A stretch of 64,000 bases of DNA. Origin: Eubacteriales bacterium. Its GTDB lineage: Bacteria > Bacillota > Clostridia > Oscillospirales > CAG-272. The stretch is from NCBI GenBank assembly GCA_045531965.1, contig JAZSFA010000045.1, forward strand, positions 11,714 through 75,713. The letters are read 5' to 3'. Positions 17,275 through 24,826 of the stretch are shown one piece after another (position 1 is the stretch's first letter; each line of letters starts with the position of its first letter). The notes below the pieces were generated by a model. That model was not told the origin of the DNA. It saw only the letters and a program-made list of their open reading frames with translations, and made no database searches. The translations under genes were made by a program, and so were the position numbers.

Positions 17275-19152
17275 ATGACCTCTCTGATCAATACCGAAGG
17301 GGTATTTATGGTTGGAAATGGTAGCGTAGCCATGAGTGGGGAAGGGGCGGATATCATACAGATCTTTGCGCCCTGCTACTCACTCCCCAGTGTGTTGACA
17401 CTCCGACTGAAACAGCCGGATATCGCGGCAATCAACCATCGTATCCGTGGTTCAGCTGCCTACGTTACCTATTTAAAAAATATGCAAACCGGAACGGTTC
17501 TCGGTGAAATGATCGACTACACGCATCCGCATTTGCCGATTTTTATCCGCCGTTTATCGTTACATGTCCCTGTGACTTTTGACATGGACTCCTCTTTCCT
17601 GAAAGCGGAAACATCGATGCTTTCGGAGCATAAAGCCCTTTCTTTTCTTTTTGAGATTCCTGAGGGGACTCCTGTTTTTTCAAAAGCCAAAACGGATAAG
17701 GAGACCTACTGTCAGCTTCTGTTGTCTCCACATTGTACCGTTGTTGACAAAAACATCACTTTCCCGGCGGGTACTTCGGATCTTTTGTTTGTGGGTGGTG
17801 ATTACGGTCCGCAGGGCAGGGAAAGCTTTGCCAGTTGTATGGCACTTTCAAAGCAGGCACTTTCTTTGGATCTTCCGACAGTTTTGGAGGCATTTCATAC
17901 GCATTGGCGCAATATATTTGAACGTATCACCGTGGATCGAAAAGCTCTGTCTAACCTACCCGACGCGGAAGAACTGACGGAAGCTGTTGCTGTTGCTTTA
18001 CTCACTCAAACCTCAAAAGAGGGTGGTGTTCTTGCGGGAACGTTTTACCATTTGGCATATGGGCGAGATATGTATGGCGTGTTTCGTGGGTATATGGCTT
18101 TGGGACTTTATGATGTTGCTCGTCGGATGGTGTCCTACATGGCAAGTGTTTACCGAGAAAAGGGTTTTATGCCCAATGCATCGGGGATGGGTATGTCCTG
18201 CTCCCACCGTCATGAGAATGATGACGTAGAGCAAACAGGCTATTATCTCTTGGAACTTTTAGACTATGTTGAAGCTACTCAAGATTTGGCGTTTTTTCAA
18301 AAGCATTGGGATTATGCTTGCTTCTTGATGAAAGCACAAGAGGCACAGTTGGCTGGTGGAATGATTCCTTTCAATGGAGACGAGACGTATATTGCGGGCG
18401 GAATTTTTCCACGAAGTGGGATCGACCACGGCTCTATGGAGGCAACCGCGCTTTACATCGGCTCTGTGAGCCGCTGTTTAGATATGGCTGCGACCTGCGG
18501 ACTTTTGAAAGAAGATGAGATAAGTACCCACCGCGCGCTTTTGTTGGATGCTCAAGAAAAATTTGCCGAAAATTTCTTGGATGGAGATAAAGTTTATATC
18601 AATCAACCCAACCGTGTAGAAAGGGCAAACCTGCCAATGTATCGGCATGGCGTGTGCCATCACTGTTTGCACATGACACATCTGATCAGAACTCCGGAGG
18701 GAGGTTATCTCTGTGCCGGCTGTTACGGAAAAACCTCTGCGCCTGTAGATCGGCAACGCTACAGCACCGACTGTGCTCTTTGGATGTCGGTTTTTACAGG
18801 AAATCGCCTTCTGCCTGAAAATGTGGTTCGTTCGGCTCTCGTCCAAACGATTGAACGCTTACGTAGCGAAAACTTTGGTAAAGAGGATTCTCAAAACACC
18901 GTAGGGTATGAATTGGGGGTAGTTCTGTATGCGATTGCCGAATATATGTACCCCGAAGAATTAACGGCTTATGATGATATTTTAAGAGAACTGCTTCAAG
19001 ACCGTGTCAAGGGCATGGTCTGGACAGAGTATTATCAAAACGGTCAGCCCAGCGCCGCCTCTTGTCCCTATAGACCGTGGGAAAGCGGCATGAACCTAAC
19101 AAGCATATTGAAGTATTTACAAGCATTATATCATAAAGGAGACAGACCATGA
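17275..19152 (+). CDS. Putative (alpha/alpha)6 six-hairpin glycosidase-like protein with an inserted CxxC...CxxC zinc-ribbon
   Basis: The ATG at 17275 follows AAAGGAG. The central segment GGVLAGTFYHLAYGRDMYGVFRGYMALGLYDVARRMV...EQTGYYLLELLDY...FNGDETYIAGG resembles GH15/GDE-type toroid folds, but this is by eye only. Insertion: HGVCHHCLHMTHLIRTPEGGYLCAGCYGK. Confidence 0.55.
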   Translation: MTSLINTEGVFMVGNGSVAMSGEGADIIQIFAPCYSLPSVLTLRLKQPDIAAINHRIRGSAAYVTYLKNMQTGTVLGEMIDYTHPHLPIFIRRLSLHVPVTFDMDSSFLKAETSMLSEHKALSFLFEIPEGTPVFSKAKTDKETYCQLLLSPHCTVVDKNITFPAGTSDLLFVGGDYGPQGRESFASCMALSKQALSLDLPTVLEAFHTHWRNIFERITVDRKALSNLPDAEELTEAVAVALLTQTSKEGGVLAGTFYHLAYGRDMYGVFRGYMALGLYDVARRMVSYMASVYREKGFMPNASGMGMSCSHRHENDDVEQTGYYLLELLDYVEATQDLAFFQKHWDYACFLMKAQEAQLAGGMIPFNGDETYIAGGIFPRSGIDHGSMEATALYIGSVSRCLDMAATCGLLKEDEISTHRALLLDAQEKFAENFLDGDKVYINQPNRVERANLPMYRHGVCHHCLHMTHLIRTPEGGYLCAGCYGKTSAPVDRQRYSTDCALWMSVFTGNRLLPENVVRSALVQTIERLRSENFGKEDSQNTVGYELGVVLYAIAEYMYPEELTAYDDILRELLQDRVKGMVWTEYYQNGQPSAASCPYRPWESGMNLTSILKYLQALYHKGDRP

Positions 19153-21239
19153 CCAGCCAAAGCCCCTCTTTTCATGTTAGTTTTAATTGCGATAGATGCG
19201 AGATTTATAACAACGATAATGGCATTGCGTCCTCTGCCCGTCTTATCGCCGAAGGAGAATCCCCAAAGCTTCCGGGCACCTTACATACAGGACAGAAAAC
19301 CTTCGTGCGTTGGGCTATAGACCAGTATAGCGCGGAGATAACTGAAACAAAAACGATGTATCCTGAGGCGGGCATTTCAGCTATCCGTCAAGCGACCACG
19401 GTGTACAATGGCGGTGACGCTCCCCTTCTTGTGGATACCTTATCCTCTGCCTTTGTCTCTCACATCGGTGAGGGAGGAAAACTGTGGTATCAAAAACGTT
19501 TCCGCCTGTATTATGCCCAGTCATGCTGGCAGGGTGAAGCCCAATGGACGTCGGATTACGTGGAGAATCTGGGTGTTTACGGGACGTATAATCATGGAAA
19601 TCAAGGCACGTTCCGCCTGTCTTCCGTCGGCTCATGGACCACGGGGCATCTCCATCCCTTGATGGTGCTGGTTGACGAAGCGGAAGGAGAAGCATGGTAT
19701 TTTGAGATCCATTCACCTGCCAGCTGGTACATGGAGGTGAGTGCCGAAGGTTATCAGGATCGCTCCTACCTTTGTGTATTCATGTCTGCGGCATATGAAA
19801 AGAATGATGGCTGGTTCGTCAGCCTTTCGCCGGGGCAGTCCTATACCACGCGCACCGCCGTATGGGGGCGTGTTAAGGGCGGATTTGAAGAGGCGATTGC
19901 AGAACTGACACTCTACAAACGCCTGACCTTCCGAACAGAGTTTCCCGACGGTGTTGTCCCGCTGTGTTTTAATGACTATATGAACTGTCTTTGGGCACAA
20001 CCAACCCGAGACCGTTTGCTACCGCTGATCAAATCTGCCGCAGAAATGGGCTGCGAGATCTTCTGCATTGATGCGGGATGGTTTGGAAACAAAGATGTAA
20101 ATCATTGGAGCGAAACCTTGGGTGATTGGATCGCTGATGACCGTCTCTTTGGAGAGGGAGGTTTGCAAGGTGTTCTTGACGAGATCAAAGCCCATGGCAT
20201 GAAACCCGGTGTTTGGCTGGAAATTGAGTCGGTACATATGCTTTCTGAATTTGCCCAAGCGCATCCCGAGGCTCTTTTGCGCCGTCATGGATGTCCCATT
20301 GGTAACCCTACATCTTCTATGGACTTCCGCCGACCCATTGTGAGAGAACACCTCATGAAGGTCTTCGATCGGCTGTACGCTATGGGTGTACGGTTTGTCA
20401 AAAATGACTATAACCACACGGTTGGTCATATGTGTGATTCTTTGGACGGAAAAACCTGCTCTGTTGTAGAAATGCGCGCTCATACCAAAGCGTTTCTCAC
20501 TTTTATTGAAGAAGTCATTAAAACGCATCCCGGTTTTATGATCGAAAATTGCGGCTCGGGCGCTATGCGTTGCGACCATGCTACGCTTTCAAGATTCCAC
20601 GTGCAGTCCACCTCGGATCAGGAGTATTACGACCGCTATCCCTCCATCATTCAGGGCATGGTCGCTTGTATGCCTCCCGAACGAGCCGGTATCTGGGCAT
20701 ATCCTTATCCCATGGATTTTCATCATATGCCTGCTCACAGTGACGTCTTGCCTTTGCCCGATTCGGCATACTTGAAAACCATTTCGGATCCGTGGCAGAC
20801 TGTTTTCAATATGGTTAACGGTATGATGGGGTGCTTCTATATGTCCGGTCGCCCGCCTTACGCTGATGAGGCAGGGAAACAGCTGATCAAAAACGCTGTT
20901 GATCTCTATAAGAAGAATCGTAAGATCCTTATGTCAGCCGTCCCCGTGTATCCTATGGGACTTTCTCGATTGGATGATGTTGGTTTTACCTCACTGGGGC
21001 TTTTGAACAAATCGGAGGGCAAGCTTCTTTTGGCTGTATGGCGCATGAGATGTCATCATCTCTCTGTTACCTTGGATTTGACCAAGTACCTGAACGAGGG
21101 GGCGCACTTGCAGGCTGCTTATCCAACACTTGACGGATTTGAGGCTGTATTGTCTGAAGGTGTATTGAAGGTCACTTTCCCTGAAGGAAACGAGGTTAAT
21201 CAAGGGAACTGCGCCACGTATTTGGAGATCAATCTGTAA
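19149..21239 (+). CDS. GH36-family alpha-galactosidase-like glycoside hydrolase
   Basis: TIM-barrel motifs: CIDAGWF, GMKPGVWLEIE, VKNDYN (matching the KxDxN nucleophile region) and IENCGSGAMRCD (matching the CSGGGxR-D acid/base region). The start overlaps the upstream stop (ATGA), so the two are translationally coupled. Confidence 0.8.
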   Translation: MTSQSPSFHVSFNCDRCEIYNNDNGIASSARLIAEGESPKLPGTLHTGQKTFVRWAIDQYSAEITETKTMYPEAGISAIRQATTVYNGGDAPLLVDTLSSAFVSHIGEGGKLWYQKRFRLYYAQSCWQGEAQWTSDYVENLGVYGTYNHGNQGTFRLSSVGSWTTGHLHPLMVLVDEAEGEAWYFEIHSPASWYMEVSAEGYQDRSYLCVFMSAAYEKNDGWFVSLSPGQSYTTRTAVWGRVKGGFEEAIAELTLYKRLTFRTEFPDGVVPLCFNDYMNCLWAQPTRDRLLPLIKSAAEMGCEIFCIDAGWFGNKDVNHWSETLGDWIADDRLFGEGGLQGVLDEIKAHGMKPGVWLEIESVHMLSEFAQAHPEALLRRHGCPIGNPTSSMDFRRPIVREHLMKVFDRLYAMGVRFVKNDYNHTVGHMCDSLDGKTCSVVEMRAHTKAFLTFIEEVIKTHPGFMIENCGSGAMRCDHATLSRFHVQSTSDQEYYDRYPSIIQGMVACMPPERAGIWAYPYPMDFHHMPAHSDVLPLPDSAYLKTISDPWQTVFNMVNGMMGCFYMSGRPPYADEAGKQLIKNAVDLYKKNRKILMSAVPVYPMGLSRLDDVGFTSLGLLNKSEGKLLLAVWRMRCHHLSVTLDLTKYLNEGAHLQAAYPTLDGFEAVLSEGVLKVTFPEGNEVNQGNCATYLEINL

Positions 21240-21246
21240 AAAATAA

Positions 21247-21284
21247 ACGTCCCGCGAAAGTGTTTCTTTCGTGGGACGTTTTTG
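21247..21284. terminator. Bidirectional intrinsic terminator
   Basis: ACGTCCCGCGAAAG-loop-CTTTCGTGGGACGT, flanked by an A-tract on the 5' side and TTTTT on the 3' side. It lies between the convergent GH36 gene and rplL. Confidence 0.8.
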
Positions 21285-21291
21285 TGATGAA

Positions 21292-21320
21292 ATAAAAAAT
21301 TCGCCCCGAAGGACGAATTT
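21292..21320 (-). terminator. rplL intrinsic terminator
   Basis: On the reverse strand: AATTCGTCC-TTCG-GGGCGAATT followed by TTTTTATTT. Confidence 0.7.
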
Positions 21321-21397
21321 CTTATACAGCAGGTTTTGTTTTTTGGTGTGTGCGGAGGCTTTGTAAAGCCCCCGCACGATTTGCCTGGTGGCGAAAA

Positions 21398-21778
21398 TTA
21401 CTTGATTTCGACAGAAGCGCCAGCCTCTTCGAGCTGAGCCTTGATCTTGTCGGCTTCGTCCTTGGAAACGCCTTCCTTGACAGCCTTGGGGCAACCCTCA
21501 ACCATCTCCTTAGCTTCCTTCAGACCCAGACCGGTGATCTCGCGAACGACCTTGATAACGTTCAGCTTCTTGTCGCCGAAACCGGTCATGATAACGTCGA
21601 ACTCGGTCTTCTCCTCAGCAACGGGAGCAGCAGCACCGGCAGCAGCACCGGCAACAGCAACGGGAGCAGCAGCAGATACGCCGAACTCCTCCTCAACGGC
21701 CTTAACCAGCTCGTTGAGCTCAAGAATAGAAAGAGACTTGATCTCTTCAACAATAGCAATAATCTTTTCGCTTGCCAT
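21398..21778 (-). CDS. rplL: 50S ribosomal protein L7/L12
   Basis: [34 protein letters not shown], an Ala-rich hinge, and [19 protein letters not shown]. The start is trimmed to M18 of the track ORF (RBS GGAGG). Confidence 0.97.
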   Translation of the reverse strand: MASEKIIAIVEEIKSLSILELNELVKAVEEEFGVSAAAPVAVAGAAAGAAAPVAEEKTEFDVIMTGFGDKKLNVIKVVREITGLGLKEAKEMVEGCPKAVKEGVSKDEADKIKAQLEEAGASVEIK

Positions 21779-21919
21779 TTTAGTATTCCTCCTAAATGAA
21801 TGAATAGTTTTTGTGTAGGCAGGCTGCATCAGCCTTGCCGTTTGAATGGTTTACTTGTTTAAAGTAAAGGGCAGAGCGGCTTTATAAAGCCGTCGGCAAC
21901 TCAGGCAGACTTAAACGAA

Positions 21920-22474
21920 TTAAGCCTCTGCGGGAGCCTCTGCAGGAGCCTCGGTAGCCTCGGCGGGAGCAGCTTCGCCCTCCTCCAGCTTTTCGGCAAC
22001 GGCCTTGATAGCGTATGCGAACTTGTAAACAGGAGACTGGATGCTGCCCAAGAACTTGGCGATGAGGACTTCCTTGGAAGGAATGTCAGCCAGTTCCATG
22101 ACACCAGCATTGTCCAAAACCTGTCCGTCCACATAGCCGGCCAAAACCTTGAAGGACTCGATCTTCTGATCATATTCCTTCAGAATCTTTGCAGCAACGA
22201 TGGGGTCATTCTCGCTGATGGCGATAGCGGTCATACCCTCAAGAACGTTCTTGAGTTCACCGTAGCCGCACATCTCGCAAGCACGGCCGGTCATGGTGTT
22301 CTTAACGACCATGTACTTAACGCCTGCCTCACGAAGAGCCTTACGCATGGCGGTGTCGTTATCAACGGTGATACCCTGATAGTTGACGATAACGCCTGCG
22401 GAGGAACCCTTGATCAGCTCAGCCAGCTCAGCGACCTGCTTCTGCTTTTGTTCCAGAATTGCAATACTAGGCAT
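21920..22474 (-). CDS. rplJ: 50S ribosomal protein L10
   Basis: MPSIAILEQKQKQVAELAELIKGSSAGVIVNYQGITV. The start is trimmed to M33 of the track ORF (cat at 22472-22474, GGAGGTG RBS). It has an unusual A/E/P-rich C-terminal tail. Confidence 0.97.
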   Translation of the reverse strand: MPSIAILEQKQKQVAELAELIKGSSAGVIVNYQGITVDNDTAMRKALREAGVKYMVVKNTMTGRACEMCGYGELKNVLEGMTAIAISENDPIVAAKILKEYDQKIESFKVLAGYVDGQVLDNAGVMELADIPSKEVLIAKFLGSIQSPVYKFAYAIKAVAEKLEEGEAAPAEATEAPAEAPAEA

Positions 22475-22696
22475 TTTGTTTTTCACCTCCCAGTGTGAAG
22501 AATGGTGCGTAAAAACGCAAAAAAAGAAATCCTTCTCCCGCAAGCCTGCGCCCCCGAAGAAAGACCTCACAAAAACCGCCGCAAAATTGCGACTTTCTCT
22601 ATATGATCTCCTCGGCAGGGAAGCAGAACTTTTACGGGAACCTGCTGTCTTTGGATAATTTTGTTACCTACAAGGCAAACTGCCTCTTGTAACCAC
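22475..22696 (-). promoter_or_regulatory. Structured 5' leader of rplJ (candidate L10-leader autoregulatory RNA)
   Basis: An untranslated leader of about 220 nt between a consensus promoter and rplJ. Firmicute rplJL operons carry an L10(L12)4-binding leader (Rfam L10_leader). I inferred this from position and did not confirm the fold. Confidence 0.45.
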
Positions 22697-22702
22697 TCGC
22701 TT

Positions 22703-22731
22703 ATTATATCATACGGCGGTTAATTTGTCAA
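22703..22731 (-). promoter_or_regulatory. Consensus sigma-A promoter of rplJL
   Basis: On the reverse strand: TTGACA, 17 nt, TATAAT (both hexamers perfect). Confidence 0.65.
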
Positions 22732-22803
22732 GAGGCAGTTTTAAAAAATATTCGTGAAAAAATGTGAAATTTACGAGAGCCGATTGTGTAAATAGCACAA
22801 AAA

Positions 22804-23652
22804 TCATGAGATCCGAGTGGGATCTGCCAGCTCACGGAAGGTGGAGGCATCGTAACCGGGGATCAAAAGATACTTGTTACCATCGTCCTCCTTGATCTTC
22901 GCCTCCAGATAGGAGAAGACGTTGATGCCCGACCAAGCACTCTGTTTGACGTACGGCTTGTAGATAGGTACATCCACGGCTTGGGCTTTGTACCATGCGT
23001 TGATATGAATTTTACGCTTTACTTCGCGCATCTCTCCGATGTCCCTGACGTTGATCCTGATCAGGGCGTCCTCGTCGGAAAGGCAGAGGTCATCTCCCTC
23101 TCGCCAGATACACACGGGGATATTTTCAAACTGACCGTCCTTGCGTGCGGGAACAACTTCCTTGGGCGTTTCCATATATAAGTAAGGAAGCACGTCGATC
23201 TCGCGGACGGCCTCGGGGATGCCCAGCTCGGCGCGGACAGCCGCGGCATCGGCACTCAGGATGATAGCACGCGCTTTGGACGAGGGACGGAACAGCGCTT
23301 CGATCCTGGAGCTGAAGATGATAAACACGATCAAAAAAACCTCGAAAACCAGATCGCCCCATACTTCCCAAAAATCGTGGAAAAGCCATTTGAGCAACAG
23401 AGAGAGGGGAAGGATCGAGAACATGAAAGCGATGGAAAACAAATATGCGTACCATGGTGTTTTGTCTTTGTTCAGCTCCAACCGTGCCGCTTTTTCAGAT
23501 AATCTCTCGGCCTCGGGAGACAGCCGCTTGACCACGAACTCATTGTCATCCAATGTGTCAAAGGGTTTTGTCTTGCTGTAAACAAACAGATTGTCATGCC
23601 CGCGGGAGATGGGGTTATCGGATGATGGATGCTTTATGTTGCCGCTCCTCAC
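22804..23652 (-). CDS. Hypothetical two-TM membrane protein, paralog 1 of a tandem pair
   Basis: GTG start overlapping the upstream TGA (GTGA), with GGAGG 7 nt upstream. It shares architecture and motifs with the upstream gene: RAELGIP, DVLPY, QFENIP, LC and LIPGYD. Confidence 0.7.
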   Translation of the reverse strand: MRSGNIKHPSSDNPISRGHDNLFVYSKTKPFDTLDDNEFVVKRLSPEAERLSEKAARLELNKDKTPWYAYLFSIAFMFSILPLSLLLKWLFHDFWEVWGDLVFEVFLIVFIIFSSRIEALFRPSSKARAIILSADAAAVRAELGIPEAVREIDVLPYLYMETPKEVVPARKDGQFENIPVCIWREGDDLCLSDEDALIRINVRDIGEMREVKRKIHINAWYKAQAVDVPIYKPYVKQSAWSGINVFSYLEAKIKEDDGNKYLLIPGYDASTFRELADPTRIS

Positions 23653-24521
23653 GCCAAAGCCTCCACATCGATCACCTTTTTCAGCTCCTCCAGATCATAC
23701 CCCGGCACCAGCATCTCAAAAATCTCGCCCGTGACCTCGGAGATAATCTCTACGCCGTAGTAGGTGTGGGTCTTGTACTCTAAAATGCCGCACTTTTTCA
23801 GCTTGTATGCCGCATACTTTTCGTCGGTGGGCTCCTCCTCCTTCAGCCAGAACTCTATGCGATAGTCCTCGTCGTAGACGCGGTAGCCCTTGATGTCGCC
23901 GAGGGGGATCTCGTACAGCCCCACGCCGTCGAACACGCATAATTTGCCATCTCTGACGTGCATGGACATGGGGGAGTTGTCAAACTGATTGGCTTTTTTT
24001 TCGGGAACTTGCTTTTCTCCCTTTTTCTTATAGCCGTAGGGCAGGATCTCTACCGACACGTCATCGTCGGGGATGCCCATCTCGGCACGGGCGACCTTGC
24101 TGGCCTCGTCGATTCGTTCCGAAAGCGCCTCAATGTCGATATCATGTATCCCCTTTGCATCAGGACCGTTCTTTTGCCATTGTAAGCGTCTGAGCAAATA
24201 GACGGAAATGAGCGCGAAAACAGCACCTATGGCAGGAATCAGCATGAGGGGGGTGTCCGCTAAGGATTCCATACGGTTAATCACAACAAAAGATATCAAA
24301 GAAATACCAAAACTGATCAGGACGGCTATCAAGTATTTTTTCTCCTTGGCTTTGAGTGCATCCTTCTCCTCGTCAGTGAGCTTGGGGGTGTCGTCTTCGT
24401 CGTCGTAGTTCATCATCATGGCCTCGGTCTCGGGGGAGACGCGGGACACAAGGTAAGGGTTCTCGTAGGGAACGTAGCGCTCGTCGTCGGATAAAATCTC
24501 GTGGGTGAAGAGGTTTTTCAT
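23649..24521 (-). CDS. Hypothetical two-TM membrane protein, paralog 2 of a tandem pair
   Basis: ATG after AAGGAG. Acidic N-terminus, two TM segments, and a C-domain with RAEMGIP, EILPY, QFDNSP, LC and LVPGYD. Confidence 0.75.
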   Translation of the reverse strand: MKNLFTHEILSDDERYVPYENPYLVSRVSPETEAMMMNYDDEDDTPKLTDEEKDALKAKEKKYLIAVLISFGISLISFVVINRMESLADTPLMLIPAIGAVFALISVYLLRRLQWQKNGPDAKGIHDIDIEALSERIDEASKVARAEMGIPDDDVSVEILPYGYKKKGEKQVPEKKANQFDNSPMSMHVRDGKLCVFDGVGLYEIPLGDIKGYRVYDEDYRIEFWLKEEEPTDEKYAAYKLKKCGILEYKTHTYYGVEIISEVTGEIFEMLVPGYDLEELKKVIDVEALA

Positions 24522-24542
24522 GTGCTTCTCCTTATTTATAAG

Positions 24543-24790
24543 TAATGGGAGCCAAGGACGCTCCCATTAGTTAAGACGATATTTTCGGGGGGATCTTACA
24601 GAGAGGTGAAAAACTGTAAATTGTTGTTTACCAGGGGCATCGCCCCTGGACCCCACCAAGAACCTTTTTGAAAAAAGGTTCTTGTAACTCCAAAAACTTT
24701 TTGAAAAACATATATTCATCAATGCTATTTTTCTTTTTTGAAAGTTCTTGGAGGTGGTTTGGAGGAACCTTCTTGCAAGAAGGTTCCTCC
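24543..24790. repeat. Cluster of four intergenic palindromes/hairpins (REP-like)
   Basis: 24543-24569 TAATGGGAGC..GCTCCCATTA. 24631-24649 CCAGGGGcatcgCCCCTGG. 24657-24684 CAAGAACCTTTTTgaAAAAAGGTTCTTG. 24761-24790 GGAGGAACCTTCTTGCAAGAAGGTTCCTCC (perfect). None is followed by a U-tract on the transcribed (reverse) strand. Confidence 0.6.
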
Positions 24791-24826
24791 AAGCGTACCC
24801 CATAAACAACAATTTATAGAGCTCAC

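Noticed and set aside
21349-21378. Hairpin GTGCGGAGGC..GCCCCCGCAC just after the rplL stop, considered as the rplL terminator
   Set aside because: On the reverse strand it is followed by ACACCAAAAAAC, with no U-tract. The next hairpin (21292-21320) has a proper TTTTTATTT tail and is the better terminator.
24567-24812. 81-aa reverse-strand ORF in the spacer upstream of the paralog pair
   Set aside because: Its reading frame is generated by the stacked palindromes (repetitive K/F/L/R-rich translation). It has no RBS, and the hairpins explain the region better.
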